Shown here: positions 1-6,011 of the stretch, one piece after another
Layout: every line of letters begins with the position of its first letter
Numbering within the stretch: the stretch's first letter is position 1
DNA from: Candidatus Aenigmatarchaeota archaeon
GTDB lineage: Archaea; Aenigmatarchaeota; Aenigmatarchaeia; Aenigmatarchaeales; JACQIB01
Direction: 5' to 3'
NCBI GenBank assembly: GCA_038999215.1
Contig: JAWABM010000017.1
Coordinates: 1-11,447, forward strand
DNA: 11,447 bases
The notes under the pieces: model-generated
Seen by the model: only the letters and a program-made list of their open reading frames with translations
Database searches by the model: none
Told to the model about the DNA's origin: nothing
Position numbers and translations under genes: made by a program

Positions 1-2860
1 CGAGCGTGATTTTGTCCTTGACATTGAGGCCGAGCTTCTTCCTCGCGTCCTGCACGGCACGGATTAGCTCGCGCACGAGCCACTCCTCCTTCAGCTTTTC
101 GCTGACCTCGGTGTCCAGCGAAACCATCCCTCCTTCGAAAGCCTTGCCCTCCGCCTTATGCCCGACTTCCGAGAACGCCAAATCTTCCTTTCCGAGGCTG
201 AATTTTCCGACCTTCACCTTGCCCCTCTTGATTATTTCCTCCCTCAGCATGGCGCCGTCGACCTTTGCGAGAGCTTCGGCAAGACCCTTGACATCTTTGC
301 CGAACTTCTTGCCGGCAACAGCGTAATTCGGCTTCGCAACGTATTCCATCCTTTTCCTGCTAACTTCAACCCTCTTCACGTTCGCCATCCTGGCAAGCGG
401 GGCCTCGAGTTTCTTTGCAGCCTTAAGTACGGTCTCCTCGCCGCAAACGCTCATTGAGGCGAGCGGGTACTTCAGCTTTATGCCCTTCTCCTGACGCAGG
501 GCATTCGAAGCTTCCACAATCCTCATGATGATGGCCATGTCCTCCTCGAGCCTCCTATCAATCGCTCCTTTCTCGGCCTTCGGCCACGGTTCGAAATGCA
601 CGCTAGTATCATGGCCGAGCAAATCCGTCCAGATGAAATCGGAAAAATACGGGATGAAGGGGGCCATGGCCTTCGCGACCTTCTCAAAGACCGCTTCGAG
701 CACGAACCTGAGGTAGGCATCCTCCCTCTCCCTGCCGAGCTTCACATACCAGCGCGAGAGGTCGTCGACAACGAACCTTTCGAACTCGGCAAGCGCGATG
801 TGATATTCATGGGCGTCGAGCGCCTCCCCGACCTTCTGCACAAGGGTGCTAGCCCTGGAGACTATCCACTCATCCTCTATCCAGAGCTTGCCTTTCCTCG
901 CCTTGGGCAGCCGCTTAGTGAACAGGTAAACATTCCACAGGGTGTTCAGAGTCGGTATGACTTCCTCTTCAATCGTCTGCGGCCCGAACCTCTTGGTGTT
1001 GCCAGGAGCGGACGTGCACATGGCAAGCCTCGTGGCGTCAACGCCGTACTTGCTGAACATTTCCCATGGGTCTATTATGTTGCCCTTGCTCTTAGACATC
1101 TTCTCGCCGTTCGCGTCGACCAGATGGCCGGCGCAAACCACGCTCTTATATGCCGGCTTTCCAAAAAGCAGCACTCCAAGCACGTGCAGAGTGTAGAACC
1201 AGCCGCGCGTCTGATCTATCGCTTCGGCGATGAAATCGTAAGGGAAGGATTTCTTGAAAAGCTCCTTGCTTTCGAACGGATAGTGGAACTGCGCGAAGGT
1301 AGCCGAGCCTGAGTCGAACCACGTGTCTATGACGTCGGGAACGCGCTCCATAAGCTTGCCACACCTGCACCTTATGACTATCTCGTCTATCGCGGGCTTG
1401 TGCAAATCCAGCTCCTGCGGGACCTCAACCCCCTTCTTTTTGAGCTCATCAATGCTCCCGATGCATTCGGTCTTCCCGCAGGCTTTGCAGCGCCATATGG
1501 GAAGCGGGGTGCCCCAGAACTTGGTCCTGCTCAAGGCCCAGTCCCTGGCCTCCGCGAGCCAATTGCCGAAACGGCCTTCCTTGATGTAATCCGGGTACCA
1601 TCTGATTTTGGCGTTCGCGTCAACGAGCTTCTTTCTGTATTTGCTTACCGCAATGAACCATGACGTCATCGCATAATAGAGCAGCGGAGATTTGCAACGC
1701 CAGCAATAGGGATAATCGTGCGTGTACTTCTCCACGGAAAATATCCTCCCATAGGACGCAAGATGTTCGGTTATCAGCGGGTCCGCATCTATGACGAACA
1801 TTCCTGCCCATTCCCTGACGTCCTTCGAGAATCTTCCGTCCTTTTCGACTGGCTGAACGAAGGCGATGCCGCTTTTTTTGCATGCTTCATAATCTGTCTC
1901 TCCGAAGGCAGGCGCTATGTGCACTATGCCTGTGCCGTCCTCCTCGGACACAAAATCGGCAGGTATGACCTTCCAGGCAGGCTTGTCCAGCTTCCCGACG
2001 AAATAATCGAACAGCGGTTCGTACTCCATCCCAACGAGCTCCCTTCCCTTCACCTCTCTCACGACTTCCGGCTTGCCGGGGAAGTAGTGCTCAAGCCTGC
2101 CTTTGGAAAGCACGAACATGTCGTTGCCCTTCCTGACGAACGCATAAACCATTTCCGGATTAACGGCGAGCGCAAGGTTCGAGGGCAGGGTCCAGGGCGT
2201 GGTGGTCCAAGCAAGGAAATAGAGGTTCTCCTCGTTCTTGACCCTGAATTTCAATGTTATTGAGTCCATAGTGACTTCCTTGTAGCCCTGCGCGACCTCG
2301 TGCATCGACAGCGGGGTCTCACAGCGAGGGCAATAGGGCACGACCTTGTGCGCCTCATAAAGCAGCTTCCTTTTGAACAGCTCCTTCAGGGCCCACCATT
2401 CGCTCTCGATGTACTCATTCTTCAGCGTGATGTAGGGGTTAGCGAGGTCTATCCAATAGGCGGACTTGGAAGTGAAGTTTGTCCAGTCATCTATCCTTGA
2501 GAAGACGTTCTCCCTGCACTGCTGGTTGAACTTCGCTATGCCGTATTTCACCACGTCCTTCTTTGATTCCAGGCCCAAGGCCTTCTCGACCTGGACCTCC
2601 ACAGGCAGGCCGTGGCAGTCCCATCCGCCCTTGCGCGGGACAGAGAAGCCCCTCATGAATTTGTACCTGCAGACTAGGTCCTTGAACACCCTGACCTCGA
2701 GATGGTGCAAGCCTGGCGGGGCATTGGCGGTCGGCGGGCCCTCTAGGAACGAGAAGAGCGGCCTCTTCCTGTCGCCAGCTATGCTGGCCCTTATTTTGGC
2801 CCCTTCCTTCTTCCACAGGCCCTCCACTTCGGCCTCGATGCGCTTGAAATCGTAATTCAT
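1..2860 (-). CDS. ileS: Isoleucine--tRNA ligase (IleRS type 2/archaeal-eukaryotic-like), partial; 3' end runs off the window
   Basis: Segments translated by hand from ATG at 2860: MNYDFKRIEAEVEGLWKK...FLEGPPTANAPPGLHH (HIGH-equivalent, 2702-2713), GWDCHGLPVE, CP1 editing motifs WTTTPWTLPSN and GTGIVHIAPAFG, KMSKS at 1088-1102 (in frame with the ATG), C-terminal EEWLVRELIRAVQDARKKLGLNVKDKI. Probably missing from the ORF track because its stop lies outside the window. Confidence 0.97.
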   Translation of the reverse strand, partial: MNYDFKRIEAEVEGLWKKEGAKIRASIAGDRKRPLFSFLEGPPTANAPPGLHHLEVRVFKDLVCRYKFMRGFSVPRKGGWDCHGLPVEVQVEKALGLESKKDVVKYGIAKFNQQCRENVFSRIDDWTNFTSKSAYWIDLANPYITLKNEYIESEWWALKELFKRKLLYEAHKVVPYCPRCETPLSMHEVAQGYKEVTMDSITLKFRVKNEENLYFLAWTTTPWTLPSNLALAVNPEMVYAFVRKGNDMFVLSKGRLEHYFPGKPEVVREVKGRELVGMEYEPLFDYFVGKLDKPAWKVIPADFVSEEDGTGIVHIAPAFGETDYEACKKSGIAFVQPVEKDGRFSKDVREWAGMFVIDADPLITEHLASYGRIFSVEKYTHDYPYCWRCKSPLLYYAMTSWFIAVSKYRKKLVDANAKIRWYPDYIKEGRFGNWLAEARDWALSRTKFWGTPLPIWRCKACGKTECIGSIDELKKKGVEVPQELDLHKPAIDEIVIRCRCGKLMERVPDVIDTWFDSGSATFAQFHYPFESKELFKKSFPYDFIAEAIDQTRGWFYTLHVLGVLLFGKPAYKSVVCAGHLVDANGEKMSKSKGNIIDPWEMFSKYGVDATRLAMCTSAPGNTKRFGPQTIEEEVIPTLNTLWNVYLFTKRLPKARKGKLWIEDEWIVSRASTLVQKVGEALDAHEYHIALAEFERFVVDDLSRWYVKLGREREDAYLRFVLEAVFEKVAKAMAPFIPYFSDFIWTDLLGHDTSVHFEPWPKAEKGAIDRRLEEDMAIIMRIVEASNALRQEKGIKLKYPLASMSVCGEETVLKAAKKLEAPLARMANVKRVEVSRKRMEYVAKPNYAVAGKKFGKDVKGLAEALAKVDGAMLREEIIKRGKVKVGKFSLGKEDLAFSEVGHKAEGKAFEGGMVSLDTEVSEKLKEEWLVRELIRAVQDARKKLGLNVKDKITL

Positions 2861-2899
2861 GGTAAGTAATTAATACCTGCGTTTAAATAAATTGGTGTC
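2861..2899. promoter_or_regulatory. Overlapping divergent archaeal promoters for ileS and aMBF1
   Basis: 39-bp AT-rich spacer. TAATTAATA (2867-2875) lies ~25-33 nt before the aMBF1 ATG (2900). TTTATTTAAA on the minus strand (2882-2891) lies ~22-31 nt before the ileS ATG (2860). Confidence 0.55.
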
Positions 2900-3322
2900 A
2901 TGGCGGAATGCGAGCTCTGCGGCAGGAAAGCGGAGACGACGGCGGAGGTGGAGGGCGCCGTTGTCGGCGTTTGCTACCGGTGCGCAGGCGGCAGCCCGAA
3001 GCCTGCCGAGCGCAAAAGGCAGTTCAGGCGGGCGCCGAGGATGCCGGAGGAGCTCGAGCAGACTGTCGTGCACGACTTTTCTTCGATAATCAAGTCCAGG
3101 AGAGAGAAGATGGGATTGACGCAGAAGCAGTTCGCCGAGAAAGTCCAGGAGAACGAGAACGTGATAAGGAGGATAGAGGAGGGCTGGATTCCGCCCTTCG
3201 GGACAGTGAGGAAATTCGAGAAGTTCCTCAAGACGAATCTCATAGAAAAAGCGGCGGATGCGCGTCCAAAGAAAGGCAGGCAAGAAAGGATTACGATAGG
3301 TGACGTAGTCGAGGTAAAGTAA
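2900..3322 (+). CDS. mbf1: Archaeal multiprotein bridging factor 1 (aMBF1): N-terminal Zn ribbon plus Cro/XRE-type HTH
   Basis: CELCG...VEGA..VCYRC zinc ribbon; IIKSRREKMGLTQKQFAEKVQENENVIRRIEEG HTH; C-terminal TIGDVV motif typical of aMBF1. Confidence 0.92.
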   Translation: MAECELCGRKAETTAEVEGAVVGVCYRCAGGSPKPAERKRQFRRAPRMPEELEQTVVHDFSSIIKSRREKMGLTQKQFAEKVQENENVIRRIEEGWIPPFGTVRKFEKFLKTNLIEKAADARPKKGRQERITIGDVVEVK

Positions 3323-3330
3323 CCTATCAA

Positions 3331-3338
3331 TTTTTAAA
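3331..3338 (+). promoter_or_regulatory. Putative TATA box of the M20 hydrolase gene
   Basis: TTTTTAAA ending 30 nt upstream of ATG 3369 in an AT-rich intergenic region. Confidence 0.45.
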
Positions 3339-3368
3339 CCTCTCGTGTGATGTTTAATTGGGGTCGCA

Positions 3369-4505
3369 ATGGCAGACAGCGGAAGGATAACCGAGCTTGC
3401 GAAGAAGCTGATAAGCATAGACAGCAGCAACCCGCCGGGAAACGAGAAGCCTGTCGCGGACGCTCTTGCCGAAGAGTTCAGGCGGCTGGGTCTCGAAGTG
3501 AGATTTCTGGAGGCCGCGCACGAGAGGCCCAATGTCATGGCCATATGGCGGGGAGGCAGCGGAAAGAAGCTCATATTCCACGGGCATATGGATACCATAC
3601 CGGTCGGCGAGGGGTGGAAGCACGACCCGTTTGCCGGCGACGTCGAGGACGGCAAGATATACGGCCGCGGGGCCGCCGACATGAAGGGCTCTCTGGCGGC
3701 GCTGGTCTGCGCGATAGAGGACCTCAAGAAGGAGAAATGGGAGCCGAAGGGCGAGCTGATGATTCTGGCCTGCTGCAACGAGGAGATGGGCGACAGGGAG
3801 GAGATAGGCATGAAGTTCGTCGCAGACAAGATAACGGGCGACCTGATAGTGATGGCAGACACAACGAACTTCAACATCGTAACTGCTGAAAAAGGGCCGC
3901 TCTGGCTCGAGTTTATAGCGCGCGGAAAGCAGGCGCACGGCTCGATGCCGTGGCTGGGCATCAACGCTATAGAGATGCTCGGGAAGTTCCTGATGGAGCT
4001 GAAGAAGCTGGAGTTCACGGTGCATCACCCGCTTCTCGGAAAATCGACGCTGTCGATAAACACGATAACAGGCGGGGTGAAGACGAACGCGGTTCCGGGC
4101 GTGGCCCGGGCGACGGTTGACATAAGGCTCGTTCCGGGCGAAAGCAAGGACGGCGTGAAGGCAAGGATAAACGGCATAATAAACGGCATGAAAGCGAAGG
4201 ACAAGAACCTTGACATAGAGATGAAGGAGATAATGTATTTTGAGCCGGTCGAGACATCTCCGGACCAGCCCTTCGTAAGCCAGCTGAAAGAAGTGAACGA
4301 GAAGGTCACGGGAAGGAAGGTGCAGGTTGCGGGCGAGCACGGCACAACAGGCTCGGTGGTCTTCATAAGGAACGGCATACCGGCGATAGTGTGCGGGCCG
4401 GGCAAGCCGGAAGTAGCGCACACGAAAGACGAATACATAGACGTGGACGACCTTGTCAAGGCCTGCGAGATGTACAAGGAGTTTGCGAAGAAGTTCCTCG
4501 GCTGA
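3369..4505 (+). CDS. M20 family metallopeptidase/amidohydrolase (ArgE/DapE-like)
   Basis: Motifs GHMDTIP, IYGRGAADMKG, NEE (catalytic and metal-binding Glu pair), GKQAHGS, TVDIR, GPG...AHTKDE; 378 aa. Confidence 0.92.
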   Translation: MADSGRITELAKKLISIDSSNPPGNEKPVADALAEEFRRLGLEVRFLEAAHERPNVMAIWRGGSGKKLIFHGHMDTIPVGEGWKHDPFAGDVEDGKIYGRGAADMKGSLAALVCAIEDLKKEKWEPKGELMILACCNEEMGDREEIGMKFVADKITGDLIVMADTTNFNIVTAEKGPLWLEFIARGKQAHGSMPWLGINAIEMLGKFLMELKKLEFTVHHPLLGKSTLSINTITGGVKTNAVPGVARATVDIRLVPGESKDGVKARINGIINGMKAKDKNLDIEMKEIMYFEPVETSPDQPFVSQLKEVNEKVTGRKVQVAGEHGTTGSVVFIRNGIPAIVCGPGKPEVAHTKDEYIDVDDLVKACEMYKEFAKKFLG

Positions 4506-4508
4506 TTC

Positions 4509-5456
4509 TCAGGCAAACCCGCGCAGGATGAACAGGAAATAAAGCAGCACAAGCAGCAAGCCCGCGTACCTCGGAACCTGCTTGGTCGCCATCACGACTG
4601 AAACAAAAACCACAGTGAGCAGCGCCACGGGAAAATAGAAATACAGAACAGAAGGGGCTATTGATATGGGGTTGACGAGCGCAATGACACCGGCATTGAG
4701 CAGAACAAAATGTAATACGGAGCCGTTCATGTTGCCGTAACTTATGTCATACCTTCCCTTCAGCGCCGCTGGCAATTGCTTGGCAAGCTCCTCTATGCTT
4801 ATGAGGAAAGCGAGTATTGTCATACCGAAGAGCGTGTCGGTTATGCCAAGAATGCCTATCAGGGGTTTGGCGCCTTCCACGAGCAGCTCGCTGCCCATCA
4901 CGATTCCTACGATCGCGGCAACCATGATTGCGAGCGCCTTCCACTTGCTCAGGCCCTTCACCGCCGCAAGCGATTCCTTGAGCTCTCCTGCGGGCCTGAT
5001 GTCCAAGCCCCTCCTGCTGGCCCCGATAAGATAATACGCCGTTGCAGCGAAAGCGGCCAGCAGCAGGACGCCGTCGAGGCGCGATACAAGGCCGTCCATG
5101 CTCAGCAAATAAAGGAGGATCATAGCGGCAACCGGCGCGAGCAGGAGCTGCTTCGACACCCTTCTGAACCTCATCCTAGTTATCATGGCGGTCAGGCCGA
5201 AGGCGAGAGCCACCGGCACCATTATGGCGCCGACTATGCTGCCTATCGCTATGCCGTGTATGCCCTGCGAGGCACCGGCAGCTCCGGCGGCCATATTCTC
5301 CGGGTCGAATCCCACGAAGACCGCGGTTATCATGAATGCGGAGAGGCCGAAGCCGACCGAAACGCCGACTATTCCCCTGACCAGCTTCTCGGCAGAATAC
5401 ATCATCAGACCGAGGCCGAAAGCGAAGACTGCCAGCGGATAAAGCACGTCATACAT
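4509..5456 (-). CDS. Cation/Ca2+ exchanger (CaCA, Na_Ca_ex/YrbG-like) family antiporter with divergent alpha-repeats
   Basis: 315 aa with ~10 hydrophobic segments in two repeated halves (YSAEKLVRG / MGSELLVEG; GFDPEN / ISIEEL; IAIGSIVG / ISYGNMNGS; SRLDGVLLL / PRYAGLLLV). Confidence 0.82.
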   Translation of the reverse strand: MYDVLYPLAVFAFGLGLMMYSAEKLVRGIVGVSVGFGLSAFMITAVFVGFDPENMAAGAAGASQGIHGIAIGSIVGAIMVPVALAFGLTAMITRMRFRRVSKQLLLAPVAAMILLYLLSMDGLVSRLDGVLLLAAFAATAYYLIGASRRGLDIRPAGELKESLAAVKGLSKWKALAIMVAAIVGIVMGSELLVEGAKPLIGILGITDTLFGMTILAFLISIEELAKQLPAALKGRYDISYGNMNGSVLHFVLLNAGVIALVNPISIAPSVLYFYFPVALLTVVFVSVVMATKQVPRYAGLLLVLLYFLFILRGFA

Positions 5457-5476
5457 GTGTAAGGATTATGCCGTCC

Positions 5477-5487
5477 TTAATATTTAA
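5477..5487 (-). promoter_or_regulatory. Putative TATA box of the antiporter gene (leaderless-type spacing)
   Basis: TTAAATATTAA on the minus strand ~21-31 nt upstream of ATG 5456. Confidence 0.45.
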
Positions 5488-5506
5488 CGTCCATTTCCCA
5501 CATAGA

Positions 5507-5514
5507 TTTATATA
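5507..5514 (+). promoter_or_regulatory. Consensus TATA box upstream of the AbrB/MraZ-like ORF - tRNA-His unit
   Basis: TTTATATA matches the archaeal TATA consensus. Predicted transcription start ~5537-5540, followed by SD-like AGGTGA (5537-5542) and GTG start at 5555. Confidence 0.6.
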
Positions 5515-5554
5515 CTTCCGAGGAGTAATTACTATCAGGTGAATCCTGTGAAAG

Positions 5555-5881
5555 GTGAACCAGTTCACGGCGGCGGAAGACTTTGCCAGGTTCACCTCTA
5601 AAATAGACAAGAAAGGAAGGGTTCTGGTTTCTGCCGATACAAGGAAGCTACTCGGACTCAGGTTCGGGATTCCTGTCGAGGTACTGATCAGCGAGAAGAA
5701 GTTCTATACGAAGGTCGACGAAAGGGGTAGATTCTCCGTGCCAGCACGCCTGCGCAAAGGCAGCGAGGTCTCGGGTGCAATCATTGTTCGCGGTGGTGTA
5801 ATGGCTCGCACAGCAGGCTGTGGACCTGCAGGACCGGGTCCGATTCCCGGCCGCGGACCCATTTCATGGAGGTCGATATAG
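5555..5881 (+). CDS. Tandem AbrB/SpoVT (MraZ-like) DNA-binding protein; C-terminal tail encoded through the tRNA-His gene
   Basis: Two swapped-hairpin repeats, FTSKIDKKGRVLVSADTRKLLGL..G..VEV and FYTKVDERGRFSVPARLRK, each with a DxxGR motif. GTG 5555 is the first possible start (in-frame TGA at 5549). No stop until TAG 5879-5881. Confidence 0.72.
   Translation: MNQFTAAEDFARFTSKIDKKGRVLVSADTRKLLGLRFGIPVEVLISEKKFYTKVDERGRFSVPARLRKGSEVSGAIIVRGGVMARTAGCGPAGPGPIPGRGPISWRSI
5786..5861 (+). tRNA. tRNA-His(GUG) with genomically encoded G-1 and CCA
   Basis: Hand-folded cloverleaf: G-1 (5786):C73 (5858); acceptor TTCGCGG/CCGCGGA; D stem GTGT/GCAC; anticodon stem GCAGG/CCTGC with loop CT-GTG-GA (anticodon 5820-5822); T stem CCGGG/CCCGG with loop TCCGATT; CCA 5859-5861. 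G-1:C73 is the established prokaryotic His identity element. Confidence 0.92.
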
Positions 5882-6008
5882 GTGGGCGAGGAGCTTCACA
5901 AGCGATTTGGAAAAAGTGCAGAAGGATTACGCTGATGGAAAAATCTCCGATAGGGAATACAATGAGCTTACAATATTAATAGGGGCCTACAAAATAGATG
6001 GTGGGTAA
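5882..6008 (+). pseudogene. Small SHOCT-like protein gene interrupted by a single +1 frameshift (pseudogene, assembly error or recoding)
   Basis: SD GGAGGT at 5868-5873, 8 nt before GTG 5882. The frame reads MGEELHKR; skipping one T at 5906-5908 gives LEKVQKDYADGKISDREYNELTILIGAYKIDGG* (stop 6006-6008), matching the SHOCT pattern L..L.....G.IS..EY. Confidence 0.45.
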
Positions 6009-6011
6009 ATT

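Noticed and set aside
6..2855. Many plus-strand ORFs (e.g. 596-1312, 238 aa; 1718-2263, 181 aa) and short minus-strand ORFs
   Set aside because: Antisense or alternate-frame shadows of ileS; no recognisable motifs.
2870..4552. Long minus-strand ORFs 2870-4018 (382 aa), 3354-4421 (355 aa) and 4025-4552
   Set aside because: Antisense to aMBF1 and the M20 gene; composition is typical of reverse-complemented, codon-biased coding sequence, with no domain signal.
5539..5601. Short upstream ORF (GTG 5539 or 5548, ...KGEPVHGGGRLCQVHL*) with two His codons, as a possible His attenuator leader
   Set aside because: Only two non-adjacent His codons, no terminator hairpin with a U-tract, and ribosome-coupled attenuation is not well established in archaea.
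5866..5979. 37-aa ORF from ATG 5866 (MEVDIGGRGASQAIWKKCRR...)
   Set aside because: No SD or motif, and the GGAGGT inside it is better placed for GTG 5882. It cannot be fully excluded as a near-leaderless ORF on the processed RNA.
5820..6008. ORF-track 62-aa ORF starting at GTG 5820
   Set aside because: That GTG is the tRNA-His anticodon and has no SD; only the part from ~5907 looks protein-like (reported as the frameshifted SHOCT-like gene).
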